Numbered from the stretch's first letter, positions 32,183-42,439 are shown. The stretch: DNA of 64,000 bases from Nitrosopumilus sp. (GCA_965214775.1 OZ243974.1:960001-1024000); one strand, 5' to 3'. The notes: generated by a model not told the origin, from the sequence alone. Made by a program: numbers and translations.

Positions 32183-32752
32183 GTGTACAATGCTCTTAAA
32201 CCAAAATCAGCAAAAACAAAGAGTAGAACGAAGACTAACAAGCCAAAAACAGACGCACAAGTTAAAAAAATATTGAAAAAAATCAACGTCTTGATTCTTG
32301 GTCCGGGATACCCTCCTAATGAGCTCAAAAAAAGAATTGAGATCAGAAGGAAATTGGAAAAACTTGGACTCAGTGCATATGTAATGGAGCAAAAACATCA
32401 ACCTAAAAGACAAACAACCCATGTAGACAAGTTCGATGAATTGTTAGATATGGAAAATTTACTTTGCATTGCAATTTCAACTCCTAATGGATATTCAAAT
32501 GGACTGACTTTTGAAATTGGATATATTTGTGGATTGTTTGGCAGAACCAAAAAAGGAAGAGAGAGACTACAGCGTGAATTGGGATTTATTATTTCCGAGA
32601 AAGCTAACCAAAAAGAAATTTTGACATCGTATATCACTTCAGGTTTATTTTATGATGGAATCCTTCATTATGAATATTCTAACACTAAAGACATCATAAA
32701 AATTGTTGAAATAATGGTGAAGAACAGAGCCATTCACTTGGGTCTGCTTTAA
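32183..32752 (+). CDS. nucleoside deoxyribosyltransferase-like/TIR-like fold protein
   Basis: VLILGPG...SNGLTFEIGY (S-x-G-x3-E-x-G). Confidence 0.55.
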   Translation: MYNALKPKSAKTKSRTKTNKPKTDAQVKKILKKINVLILGPGYPPNELKKRIEIRRKLEKLGLSAYVMEQKHQPKRQTTHVDKFDELLDMENLLCIAISTPNGYSNGLTFEIGYICGLFGRTKKGRERLQRELGFIISEKANQKEILTSYITSGLFYDGILHYEYSNTKDIIKIVEIMVKNRAIHLGLL

Positions 32753-33072
32753 TGAGCGGCCATTAAGTGCTGATTTTTTTTATGAATTGCTTTGTGTACT
32801 CTGACACCAATAGGCGATAGAACAATTTTAAATTTTTTGTCATTTGTAAATTTTTCTAAAACAAGTCCATGCATGATCATTCCCTTAACGCATTGCTCGA
32901 AACTCTTTTGTGATACTTTGGCATCCAAGCAATGATCTACGATTTTATATAATTCTTTGAATACGAGTTGATCTCTTTTGCTTAGTTGATCTAGGGCACA
33001 GGCTACTTTATCATACTTTTCAACGTACTCAATTTCATTTTTGAATGGAGTATAATTTACTTGTCGACTCAT
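32749..33072 (-). CDS. probable winged-helix protein
   Basis: 107 aa; helix followed by HGLVLEK...KIVLSPIG wing pattern. Confidence 0.55.
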   Translation of the reverse strand: MSRQVNYTPFKNEIEYVEKYDKVACALDQLSKRDQLVFKELYKIVDHCLDAKVSQKSFEQCVKGMIMHGLVLEKFTNDKKFKIVLSPIGVRVHKAIHKKNQHLMAAH

Positions 33073-33331
33073 AGACTTCGTGCCTCTAACTTACTCGTAT
33101 CATTCATCATCTTATAAGCCATAATTTGATCAGCTGCAATTTGTGGGTTGTGGTATAAGAAATTGGTCAATCGAATCACCTGAAATAGACAAAAACCCAA
33201 TGCCATCCTCACGGCTATCTTGGAACATCGTTGTATTTATTTTTGAATCCCGTCTTCCCGTCGAGATCACGTCTCCTGGTCAGGCATGAAAATCACAGCC
33301 ACATGAAAACCCATGCCTGATTGACTGAGAG

Positions 33332-33664
33332 GTAAGAGTTTACCCCTCAGGCGACACTACTGACTGGAGCCTTGATCACCGTTCCTACCACGTCGTATTT
33401 TCGGGAGGGGGTAACTCATAGCGTACGAGTTTACCCCTCACCTGAGATACGGCGTGGCAGACGTGATCATGAAGACTCCAGTCAGTAGTGTCGCCTGAGG
33501 GGTAAACTCTTGCACTCATAGCAACGCTCATAAATAATTGAGGTCTTTCACGGGCAATCTGACCATGTTTTGACTCAAAGACTTCTGCTCGTTGCTATAC
33601 AATCAGTACAGATCAAAAAATCAGGCGGTTTTTACGTCATTTTTGGCAAATACGCATAAGGTCT
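33332..33664. mobile_element. nested MITE stack: E, E, A, partial D
   Basis: E 33423-33513 with TSD ACTCATAGC; A 33519-33597; D remnant ending 33664. Confidence 0.85.
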
Positions 33665-33779
33665 ATTATATGAAAATTATGTCGTGCCATCGCCTAGTCC
33701 TCCTCCACCCATTTTGAGTTATTTCTGGAAAGACTGCAAGGTCAATTAGGGATATAAGGAACTTTTCAGAGTAAGCAAT

Positions 33780-33935
33780 ATGGCAAAATACGACGGTCTT
33801 TTAGGACAGCCGGTTCTTGAGGTAGAAGATCCTGACAAAGAAGGCGGAATTACATTTATCTTCAAAGACAACAGGTTCATGTTTATCAAGGCAGCAGCTG
33901 ACGGAAAGATCGAGACCGTATCAATTCCAGAATAG
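33780..33935 (+). CDS. 51-aa protein (absent from ORF track)
   Basis: MAKYDGLLGQPVLEVEDPDKEGGITFIFKDNRFMFIKAAADGKIETVSIPE; TATA-like gatataag upstream. Confidence 0.75.
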   Translation: MAKYDGLLGQPVLEVEDPDKEGGITFIFKDNRFMFIKAAADGKIETVSIPE

Positions 33936-33946
33936 GTGACAGATGA

Positions 33947-34093
33947 ATGGAAAAATACGACCCAATCAAAATGCTTGAACTTGTAAAAGTCGAAGATCCT
34001 GATTCTGACGGCGGGCTTACTTTGATCTTTCGGGAAAACAAGACTCTAAAGATCAAAGTCGTGGATGGAAAGCTGGTTTCTGAATTTGTGTAA
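33947..34093 (+). CDS. 48-aa paralog of the preceding protein
   Basis: MEKYDPIKMLELVKVEDPDSDGGLTLIFRENKTLKIKVVDGKLVSEFV. Confidence 0.75.
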   Translation: MEKYDPIKMLELVKVEDPDSDGGLTLIFRENKTLKIKVVDGKLVSEFV

Positions 34094-34094
34094 A

Positions 34095-34589
34095 CTAGCT
34101 TCTCACATGTTTCTCATAATATCCAATGGCCAGTTCTTGTATTTTTGATTGGATTGAGCCGGGGCGTTCATCGCGAATTTTTTTGATGGCATCGACAGCA
34201 GGGAGTTTTTTGTATTTTACAAAATAGCAGGCAAGTATGGTTCCTGCCCTTCCCATTCCTGCCGCACAGTGAACCATCACAGACTGGTTGTTTTGGATTT
34301 GATCATGAATAAACTCTACAGCTGAATCTATTCTTTCCATGTCTGGTGCAGTCAAATCCGGGGTCGGAACATGTAGATAGCCAATCTCCTTGATCCATTC
34401 ATCAGGCAGTGAATTTTCAGTCATTGTAACAATGTTTTGCACGCCTTGGCTGCGAATCCATTCAAATTCATCAAAGCTTGTAGGCATGCCAGAGCCTGCT
34501 AATTTCTCTTCAATCAGCCACGAAAAGTTTGTCGGTCTTTTGGTAATTTTTCCATGAATTTTTCTCCAAATGTTTCCTGGTTTGCTCAT
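34095..34589 (-). CDS. dual-specificity protein phosphatase
   Basis: VHCAAGMGRAG (CX5R). Confidence 0.92.
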   Translation of the reverse strand: MSKPGNIWRKIHGKITKRPTNFSWLIEEKLAGSGMPTSFDEFEWIRSQGVQNIVTMTENSLPDEWIKEIGYLHVPTPDLTAPDMERIDSAVEFIHDQIQNNQSVMVHCAAGMGRAGTILACYFVKYKKLPAVDAIKKIRDERPGSIQSKIQELAIGYYEKHVRS

Positions 34590-34652
34590 AATACTGCCAC
34601 TACCACTACTGCTATTGGAATTGCTCTATATTTTTTAGCATTGCGAAATCTC

Positions 34653-35297
34653 CTAGCGTGCAATCGCCCTGACTGGAGATCCGGTAGCATCCTTGAGTTT
34701 TAGCGGAAGAACGGTAAAATCAAATTCCACCGAGGAAATTTTTTGAAGGTTTGTAAGATTTTCGACTATCAGCACGTTATTTTTGGAAAAAATGTGGTGT
34801 ACAGAAAACGACTTGTCTTTTCCAAGATCTATGCTGGGAGAGTCAATTCCAACAAGGCTGGTTTTTTTTGATGCCAGATACTTTGCGGCAGATTCGTTTA
34901 ACCCGGGATTTTCAAGAAAATAGTTTTCCCTTTTGAGATTTTTCTGCCATCCCGTATAAAAGAAAACAGAAGAGCGGTCTGGGATTTTTCCAGATCGCTT
35001 CTCAAAAGAGCGAATATCAGATGCCGAAATTGCCGAATTTCTTGGTTTTGGAATTTTAATCAACAGCCCGGTTCCCGCTAGTCTGTCTAGCGGAATCTGA
35101 TCAACTTTGATTCCGTTTTTTACAAAATGAAACGGCGCATCGATGTGTGTTCCTGTATGAGAGCTCAGAAACAACAGTTCCAGATTATAGCCATCATCAC
35201 GAAGATCCGACCAGGAAAGAAACTGGGGTTTTGGAGAACCGGGAAAACTAGGAATGGATTTTGAGATTGTCAAGGTAAGATCTATTGGCGGTTTCAT
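34653..35297 (-). CDS. cyclase/kynurenine formamidase family hydrolase
   Basis: HTGTHIDAPFH; GSPVRAIA. Confidence 0.9.
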   Translation of the reverse strand: MKPPIDLTLTISKSIPSFPGSPKPQFLSWSDLRDDGYNLELLFLSSHTGTHIDAPFHFVKNGIKVDQIPLDRLAGTGLLIKIPKPRNSAISASDIRSFEKRSGKIPDRSSVFFYTGWQKNLKRENYFLENPGLNESAAKYLASKKTSLVGIDSPSIDLGKDKSFSVHHIFSKNNVLIVENLTNLQKISSVEFDFTVLPLKLKDATGSPVRAIAR

Positions 35298-35368
35298 GTA
35301 TTACCGGTCAGCAGAAGTAATTAATCAGTCTTGAGCCTGTGAAAGGTTAAATACTGATTGGTGAAAAT

Positions 35369-35632
35369 TTGCTTGTGACAACTGCATATGTTTTGTTGAA
35401 TTCCGACCTGGGTTCAGACGAATCAATCATCAACGAAGTAAAGCAAATTCTTGCTGAGGAGGGCATCACCTATGAGATTCAGGGGGTTTACGGCGTATAT
35501 GATATCGTGCTCAAACTGACATCAGACGATGCTGAAAAGCTGCGTGCAATTATTACAAACAAGGTGCGTAAAATTAGCAAGGTCCAATCAACCTTGACCA
35601 TGATGGTTATTGCAGAACAAGAGAACCTATAG
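35369..35632 (+). CDS. stand-alone Lrp/AsnC ligand-binding domain
   Basis: AYVLLN...VYGVYDIVLK...VQSTLTM. Confidence 0.85.
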   Translation: MLVTTAYVLLNSDLGSDESIINEVKQILAEEGITYEIQGVYGVYDIVLKLTSDDAEKLRAIITNKVRKISKVQSTLTMMVIAEQENL

Positions 35633-36781
35633 GTTTTTGACTGCATCGACTACCTGCATCATTTCAGATTCCGTGTTGAAAAAGTGAGGGGATGCACGTA
35701 CGATTTTTTGGTCGTTAATTTCGCGGACTGCCAAAACAATATTCTGTCTTTCAAGTACATCTACGACTTTTTGCGGTTCTTGATTTTCAATGTTAAATGA
35801 TACAATGCTGGTTCGCCGGCTAGGATCATCAGGCCCGTACAAAACAATTTTTGGAATTTTTGACAGCTCCTCCCTAAGCAAGGAAGACAGATATTGGTTC
35901 TTTTGACGAATGCGGTTTAAACCAAATCCCATCAAATAGCTTACAGACGATTCCAATCCTACAATTCCGACATAGTTTCTAAAACCTGTCTGAAACTTGT
36001 CCGGCAGCCCCTTGTATGCAAGATTTTTTTCTTCGTACAGCATTGCAGATTCGCCTCCGACAGTCAAGGGTTCCAAAAGTTCGCTTGATTTTCGATTACA
36101 GTAAAACAGTCCGGTTCCCATCGGCCCACACAGCCATTTTGATCCGTTAAACGACATAAAGTTACATCTGATTTCCGAAATATCCATCTGGCCGATACAT
36201 CCTACAGTTTGGGCACTGTCAACAAAATACGGGGTGGTGGCGTCCTCCAGGATTTTTCCAATCTCATCAAGGGGCAAAATTGCTCCCGTATTGTATAGCG
36301 CATGACTCAGAGCAACAAGTCCGGTATTGTTATCAACCAAGTTTTCCAATTGCCCCATTGCAAATAATCCGTCCTTGTCAATTGGCAGGTTTCTGATTGA
36401 GATCCTGTTTCCTAGTTTAAGCCAGGGGTAAAAATTTGCGTGGTGTTCGTGGGCCATTCCTCTGATCACAATGTTAGAATCACTTGAAAAGGACAGTCCT
36501 CCTGCAACAAGGTTAATGCCGTCAGTGGTGCTTTGAGTAAGGACAACTTCGTCTGGATGGCATTTTAGAATCTTTGAGATCAAAGTTCTGACATTTCTTA
36601 GCTTCTCTGTAACAAGTGGTCCGGACTCCTTTGAGTCAGGCCCAAGAGAATTATAATCGACCAGGAACTGTTTCATCGCCTCAATGCTCTGAGAGGGCAT
36701 CAAGGAGACAGATGCGTTGTTTAGATAGATTTTTCCAGAATTCGGAAAGTCATCAGAAACATCACTTGAGTTAAAATTCAT
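35627..36781 (-). CDS. class V PLP aminotransferase (cysteine desulfurase-like)
   Basis: IYLNNAS, VDSAQ, SKWLCGPMGTG, RASPHFFN. Confidence 0.88.
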   Translation of the reverse strand: MNFNSSDVSDDFPNSGKIYLNNASVSLMPSQSIEAMKQFLVDYNSLGPDSKESGPLVTEKLRNVRTLISKILKCHPDEVVLTQSTTDGINLVAGGLSFSSDSNIVIRGMAHEHHANFYPWLKLGNRISIRNLPIDKDGLFAMGQLENLVDNNTGLVALSHALYNTGAILPLDEIGKILEDATTPYFVDSAQTVGCIGQMDISEIRCNFMSFNGSKWLCGPMGTGLFYCNRKSSELLEPLTVGGESAMLYEEKNLAYKGLPDKFQTGFRNYVGIVGLESSVSYLMGFGLNRIRQKNQYLSSLLREELSKIPKIVLYGPDDPSRRTSIVSFNIENQEPQKVVDVLERQNIVLAVREINDQKIVRASPHFFNTESEMMQVVDAVKNL

Positions 36782-36804
36782 TATTATATCTGTAAAATTC
36801 TCAG

Positions 36805-37419
36805 ATGGTGTTGGATAAAAGTCCTGAGAAAATCATGACAGGGGGTTTGGATTTGGTCAAGAAAGAATTTGAAAGCAATGTACCAAGCCTGGTGGCATGT
36901 TCAGATCCTTTTAGCAAAGCTGAATTTCTAATCCACTTGGCAAATTCTGTTGATCATCCAATAATTTTTGTGGATTTGGATTTTCTGCATTCAGGATATG
37001 TAAAATCAGGAATGATCAAAGACAAGGAGAACATGACGATGCTGCATCCAAACAGAGAAAGCTGGAGCAAAACGCTTGCCGATATTATTTCAGAGGCATC
37101 TAAAGAAAAATTTTTGATAATCATCGACTCGCTAAACGGAATTTACAGCATGTTTGATGACTTGGATTCTGCAAGGTTTGTAAATTCCAGCCTCATGCTG
37201 CTGTCTTGTGCTGCAAGGCAGGCAGATTCCTCCATCATAATTACTGCAATGGTAAGAAGAAAGGAAAACAAAGAGTGGGTTTTGTCTCCAGGAGGAAGGC
37301 AGCTGGTAAAATCATCACAGACTGCCATGTTTTTCGCAAAAAAAGTCGGGGGCCAGCTGGTTTTGTCAAGGCCGGGAAAGAACGGTTCTGAAAAATTTTT
37401 GATCGCAAAACAGTTCTAA
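36805..37419 (+). CDS. hypothetical protein, RecA-like fold possible
   Basis: IIFVDLD and LIIIDSLNG motifs. Confidence 0.6.
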   Translation: MVLDKSPEKIMTGGLDLVKKEFESNVPSLVACSDPFSKAEFLIHLANSVDHPIIFVDLDFLHSGYVKSGMIKDKENMTMLHPNRESWSKTLADIISEASKEKFLIIIDSLNGIYSMFDDLDSARFVNSSLMLLSCAARQADSSIIITAMVRRKENKEWVLSPGGRQLVKSSQTAMFFAKKVGGQLVLSRPGKNGSEKFLIAKQF

Positions 37420-37426
37420 AGATCAG

Positions 37427-37465
37427 ATTTCAAACGCCGTTATAAAATTTCAAACGCCGTTATAA
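37427..37465. repeat. tandem duplication (20-bp period) upstream of ferredoxin
   Basis: atttcaaacgccgttataa x2. Confidence 0.85.
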
Positions 37466-37518
37466 CTCCAAAAATCCAAGTAAGTTATATTAATGCCGGA
37501 TTACGATTTAATTTCGTT

Positions 37519-37818
37519 ATGCCAGTAGGAATTATTCCAGACATCAGCGAACAAATGTGTATCGGATGTGCACTGTGTGTAGAAATCTGTACATCATTAG
37601 GTCCAGATGTCCTTAGAGTAAAACCAGTCGAAGGCTGGAAGAGAGGCAAGGCATTTGTTTTCTATCCAGAGAGATGTATTTCTGACGGTGCATGCATAGG
37701 CGTATGCCCAACAAAAGCAATCTTCTGGATGAGACCGATGGACTTTACCGTTGGACAACCAGTTCCACTCTACAAGAACTCAGTCTTCGTCAAAGGTTGG
37801 ACTGAATTAATCGATTAG
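37519..37818 (+). CDS. 4Fe-4S ferredoxin
   Basis: CIGCALCVEIC and CISDGACIGVCP. Confidence 0.92.
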   Translation: MPVGIIPDISEQMCIGCALCVEICTSLGPDVLRVKPVEGWKRGKAFVFYPERCISDGACIGVCPTKAIFWMRPMDFTVGQPVPLYKNSVFVKGWTELID

Positions 37819-37823
37819 ATTAG

Positions 37824-37856
37824 TTCTTTTTAATTTCTTTTTATTATTATTTTTCT
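37824..37856 (+). terminator. oligo-T archaeal terminator region
   Basis: Several T-tracts just after the ferredoxin stop. Confidence 0.5.
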
Positions 37857-38103
37857 GCTAGAGCGGGGGGGTTTTGCCGTGCGTGTATAATTATCAGACC
37901 AGGGCTGCTTTAAGGGCATTGGGCCAAGGGCTCTGGCACCGGATGGCGGTATGGCAGTGGCAGAACAGGCGGGCAGGCCTGGGGGTGAGCGAATTAGTGA
38001 AGGAGGGAGAGAGAGGGGGTGAGGAAAGGCATGGCCCAATACGGTTTATGCGCAAATATCAATTCTTTAAAATTTGGCTGTCATAGGGGGTAGTAGATGC
38101 AAA

Positions 38104-39867
38104 TTGCAAATCTCGTTTAATTTAGATAGAAAACTCATTTTTTTGGTGATGATAGTTTCAGTTGTAGCCCTGACTATCACGGGAATTTTGAGTTTCAATT
38201 ATGCTGATCAAATTCTGACAGAAAGGGCTTTAGAACAACTGCTAGGAGAGTCCACCGTAAGGGGTGAAACCCTTCGATTGTTGTTCGAGTCACGAATTGA
38301 ACAAAACAACATTCTTGCAAACGATCCAATGGTTCAGATTTTGGTTTCGGAGATGAATCAAATTTCTGATGAAGAGTTAAAGGACGTCAAGGACAATAAC
38401 AGGAGAAACTTTCTGATTCAGATCCAGGCTTTCCAAGAATTAATTGGGTTTTCGATAGGCTTTGAGGATGTAAAGATTGTGGGAGCAAACGGAAACGTAT
38501 TTTTCTCCCTGGCAGGAGGTGTAAAGAACGAAGATTTTTCAGACAATCCGATGTTCCAAAGGGGACTAACTGAAGCACATGTTGGATTTGAGCCAAGCGC
38601 CGGCGGCAAAAAGATGGTCGTCGTATCGCCGATTTTTGCCAAAGACAGCAAGATAGGTGATGAGCCTATCGGGGTAATCATTTCAAGAATGAGAACGGCG
38701 GCAATAGACAATGTTTTGATCAACAGAAGTGGATTGGGCGAGACCGGGGAAGTGTACATTGTAAATGAAAAATTCGAGATGCTTTCCGAATCCAGATTCG
38801 TCGAGGATGCAGTTTTTCAAATCAAAGTAGACACGCTTGGAGTTCAGAGATGCTTCAACGAAGGGCAGGAACATTTGGGGTTATACAACGACTATAGAGG
38901 AATTCCAATTTATGGTTCGTCATACTGTGCCAGAGATCTGGGAATAGTTTTGCTGGCAGAAATTGACGAGGAGGAGGTTGCAAAACCAATCGGGGTGTTA
39001 GAAGACAGGATCATGCTGACAGGAATGGCAATCACCGTGGGTATGGGCGGCGTCGCATTTGCAATATCAAAGTCTCTTTCAAGGCCATTGAACAAGCTAA
39101 AAAATGCAGCCAATAACATTGCCAGCGGAAACTTTGACGTTAGAACAAACATCAAGACAAGAGATGAAATTGGCGAATTGTCAAATGCGTTTGATTCCAT
39201 GGCACAAAAGCTTCAAGACTCACTGATCGAAATCGAGGAGAAGGAGGACGTCATCAAACAGCAAGAAGAGATATTGTTGAAATTCTCACAACATGCACAA
39301 AATGATTGCGTGGGGGTGATTGACATGAAAGATTCCACAAAAATTTCTGCAGAACTTTCAGAGGAGGAGTTTAGCAAGATGTATGAGATTTTCCTGAATT
39401 TTATGGCAAAAATCATTCGAGAGCATGGCGGCCAGGTCGTAAAAAGTATCGGAGACGCACTGATGTTCAGATTTTCTGACATAAAACCGCATGACACAGC
39501 TGCGATGAAGAATGTTGTGGAGTGTTGTTTGTCAATGCTTGATAATCATGAAAAGCTAAGACAGGAACTGGCAGCAAGGGATCTTCCCGAACTAAATTAC
39601 AAGGTTAGCGCAACGTACGGCTCAGTAAAAGTTGCTGAAAGTGCAACGTCAAACATTGCAGATATTTTCGGTCCGACAGTCAACCGATGTTTTAAGATCA
39701 ATGCGTTATGTCCTAAAAACAGCCTTGTGGTCGGGATAAACCTCCATAAAGCTCTAAAGGACGTGTCCGAATACGCCTTTACAGAATTGTGCATCATACA
39801 GATGAAACAAAAGTACGGCTACGAAATCTTTGAAGTTAGAAGAAGGCCAGAAAATGCCAGTGATTAA
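38104..39867 (+). CDS. membrane Cache-HAMP class III nucleotidyl cyclase
   Basis: TM-sensor-TM, HAMP (RDEIGELSNAFDSM), IDMKDST and VKSIGDAL; probable TTG start. Confidence 0.85.
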   Translation: MQISFNLDRKLIFLVMIVSVVALTITGILSFNYADQILTERALEQLLGESTVRGETLRLLFESRIEQNNILANDPMVQILVSEMNQISDEELKDVKDNNRRNFLIQIQAFQELIGFSIGFEDVKIVGANGNVFFSLAGGVKNEDFSDNPMFQRGLTEAHVGFEPSAGGKKMVVVSPIFAKDSKIGDEPIGVIISRMRTAAIDNVLINRSGLGETGEVYIVNEKFEMLSESRFVEDAVFQIKVDTLGVQRCFNEGQEHLGLYNDYRGIPIYGSSYCARDLGIVLLAEIDEEEVAKPIGVLEDRIMLTGMAITVGMGGVAFAISKSLSRPLNKLKNAANNIASGNFDVRTNIKTRDEIGELSNAFDSMAQKLQDSLIEIEEKEDVIKQQEEILLKFSQHAQNDCVGVIDMKDSTKISAELSEEEFSKMYEIFLNFMAKIIREHGGQVVKSIGDALMFRFSDIKPHDTAAMKNVVECCLSMLDNHEKLRQELAARDLPELNYKVSATYGSVKVAESATSNIADIFGPTVNRCFKINALCPKNSLVVGINLHKALKDVSEYAFTELCIIQMKQKYGYEIFEVRRRPENASD

Positions 39868-41018
39868 TTTTTGGAAAATCCCAGTTTTGATGCCCAGCTG
39901 CCATTTTGTCTTTTGGTTGGTTTCTTTGAGAGGTTGTTTAGCATGTCATATGTGATAGTAAATCCGTGGCCAACCATGGTTGCGTCTTTGCTGTAATTTT
40001 GCTTTTCAGGCACAAATTCATCTGCCAAATCCTTGATTTTCTTGGTTTTCAGGTCAAAGAGCCTGATTTTCTTTCCGTTTTCAAGTCGAATGACTGCATC
40101 CCCGCTCAGGCCTTGAATTGAGAAGGTTGCAAAGAACCTGACGGTGCCGCCTTTCCTTACGTTAATTACTGAATCATAAGTCAGTTTTTCGCCATAAAAC
40201 AGTATTTCACGTGCCGTAATTTGCACGTCATCCTCTACATTTAGAACAATTATGCTGTCTGCATCCAGGGAAACGGTGTTAACAACGTTTTCTGCAACAA
40301 TTTTTCCCCTGGGTGCAGAAACAAATGTTCGGTGCTCCCGAATTTGATAAACCCCCACTCTTCCCTCGGGATCCTCGACTCTGAACTTTCTTCCAAAAAT
40401 GTTTCCCACAACAATGTTTCCCTGATCAGCAACGATTCTGGAGCCGTTATCAATTCTGTATTTGTTTTCAACCGGATCAATGAATTTGAAATCGCCCTTT
40501 GTCAGATGTATGTTGGTCTGAAATTCTTCTGTCCATGACGGGCTAGTGACGCTTCCCTGCATGATGATAGGCCCGTCATATCTCAAGCTTCCTGCCATGA
40601 AGTTTCCCTTGATTGATAATGCCCCGTTGGCCTTGCGTTCTAGTTCGATTTGGCCAAGAGTTTTTGACCCAAACAGTCTTGTTGCAGTCGAATTTGCACG
40701 GTTTAATGCCGCTGCCCATTCTTCTGCAGTCTTCATTTCTTTTGATAGCTGCTGGCCAAGAATCTGGTTTTTCCTCCTTATGTCAGCCTCAGAGTCGCCG
40801 GTGTAAACCCGTGAGTTTTTTGTTTTTTCAACATCGGTTTCGGGATATTTCTTTCCAGTTTTGAGATCCTCGTATGCCTGCTTGATTTTGATGAATTGTT
40901 CGTTCTCGCCGCCCCGGTCAGCATGAAATTGCAAGGCAAGCCGCCTAAATGCGTCCCGTATTTCTTTTTCAGTGGAACCCTCAACAATCCCCAAAATATC
41001 ATAATTGCTCTCAACCAT
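39864..41018 (-). CDS. J-domain protein
   Basis: NYDILG...RRLALQFHAD...IKQAYE. Confidence 0.85.
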   Translation of the reverse strand: MVESNYDILGIVEGSTEKEIRDAFRRLALQFHADRGGENEQFIKIKQAYEDLKTGKKYPETDVEKTKNSRVYTGDSEADIRRKNQILGQQLSKEMKTAEEWAAALNRANSTATRLFGSKTLGQIELERKANGALSIKGNFMAGSLRYDGPIIMQGSVTSPSWTEEFQTNIHLTKGDFKFIDPVENKYRIDNGSRIVADQGNIVVGNIFGRKFRVEDPEGRVGVYQIREHRTFVSAPRGKIVAENVVNTVSLDADSIIVLNVEDDVQITAREILFYGEKLTYDSVINVRKGGTVRFFATFSIQGLSGDAVIRLENGKKIRLFDLKTKKIKDLADEFVPEKQNYSKDATMVGHGFTITYDMLNNLSKKPTKRQNGSWASKLGFSKN

Positions 41019-41131
41019 TGCCTTTTCCCAACAAAATTAATTTTTCTTGTTTCCTATAATACTTGTATCTTATTGAAGAAATGCCGAGTGTCAGGGATGT
41101 GAAAAGAAGGAGGCAGTCGTTCTAAAAATCG

Positions 41132-41554
41132 CTATTTTACAACCAGTACGGGAATGTCGGTTTTATGCATGACATAATTGGACGTGCTTCCAAGAAACGC
41201 CTCTTTTGTTGCACCCAAGCCCCTTGCTCCAATTACAACCATGTCAAAATTTCCTTTTTTAGCAAATTTGACAATTTCAGAGCCGGTGTTTCCGCCACCT
41301 GTCTTGTAGCTGAATTTTGCGCCTGCCTTTTGGGTTCTGTTCATGGCAGGACCGATTGCCTTTACGGCTTTTTTCTGGGCTTCATCCTTCATCTTTTCGG
41401 TATATTTAATTCCGGCAGCAATCGGTAAATGAAATACATAAAATCCAGTGATTTCAGCATCGTTACCCTTGGCAATTTCAATGGCCGTATCGAGTCCTCT
41501 TGTTGAGTTTGCAGAACCGTCAACAGGTACAAGGATTTTTTTAATTTTTGCCAT
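41132..41554 (-). CDS. universal stress protein
   Basis: KKILVPVDGS...GARGLG...LGSTSNYV. Confidence 0.92.
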   Translation of the reverse strand: MAKIKKILVPVDGSANSTRGLDTAIEIAKGNDAEITGFYVFHLPIAAGIKYTEKMKDEAQKKAVKAIGPAMNRTQKAGAKFSYKTGGGNTGSEIVKFAKKGNFDMVVIGARGLGATKEAFLGSTSNYVMHKTDIPVLVVK

Positions 41555-41583
41555 GTAAAAAACTAGGAACTATTCAATATAAG

Positions 41584-41708
41584 GTAACTGATCGGGTTCT
41601 GAAAGCAGTTCCGGCAGACCGTGTTGGGCGCAGATTCCTTGATCGGCATTCTTCACTGGCGGCAAAATTCATGTCTGGACTTTCAGTCCGATCTCCTGTT
41701 GTTGTTAC
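41584..41708. mobile_element. C-family MITE
   Basis: GTAACTGATCGGGTTCTG end; reverse-complement relative of 44044-44245. Confidence 0.7.
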
Positions 41709-41782
41709 GACGACGATGATGGCAACAGTACAAGAGGCGATTGTGGTTTTCAGAAATTGTTTTGATTGCGGGCAACAACAAA

Positions 41783-42439
41783 CTATCTTTTGGATTTTGC
41801 CAATGCAATTGCCGCAATTGCAATTGCCGCAATTCCGACCACGATTCCCGCATACCCAACGTACGTTTGCGGTTTAGAATTTTCAAGTTCGTTGACTGAT
41901 TCTTTTAGATCGCTGATGTCAGAAATCAGAGCCGTGTGCCCGTCAATTATTTGGGTAATTGTAAGATCAGATGGTTCTGGAAACTCGATGTAAGAGCGTT
42001 CGGCAACTTTGGGAGGGTGCATCGACAGGCTGATCGGTGTTTCTTCAATAGTGCCTAGCACGTTTGCCTGATAGAACCCCGAAACGGTCGGATTCACAAA
42101 GGCATAGTACTTGCCGGGAATGTCATGGTCCGGTGCCAGAGGAAGGGTGATGCTGTCGGCTTTGTAAATCAATTTCATCTTTACGGTATCCTTCAATCCA
42201 GGAATCCCATTTTGGAACGGCTGTGATTTTGCACACTTGATTGGTTCGGCAATATCCGGACACGGAATTAGCGGATTGACGTAAAATTCAATCGCGTTGG
42301 TTTCTCCAGAAACAACCGGCTCATTCATCCAACCAATTTCAACTCGATAATTACCCACAGCGTCTACTGTATGAGCATGAGCTGTTCCGGCAAACCCCGG
42401 CACAAGTAAAAGAAACAACACAAGGTACTTTGTTTTCAA
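41783..42439 (-). CDS. exported, C-terminally anchored protein
   Basis: Signal peptide ending AHA-H; C-terminal TM helix. Confidence 0.75.
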   Translation of the reverse strand: MKTKYLVLFLLLVPGFAGTAHAHTVDAVGNYRVEIGWMNEPVVSGETNAIEFYVNPLIPCPDIAEPIKCAKSQPFQNGIPGLKDTVKMKLIYKADSITLPLAPDHDIPGKYYAFVNPTVSGFYQANVLGTIEETPISLSMHPPKVAERSYIEFPEPSDLTITQIIDGHTALISDISDLKESVNELENSKPQTYVGYAGIVVGIAAIAIAAIALAKSKR

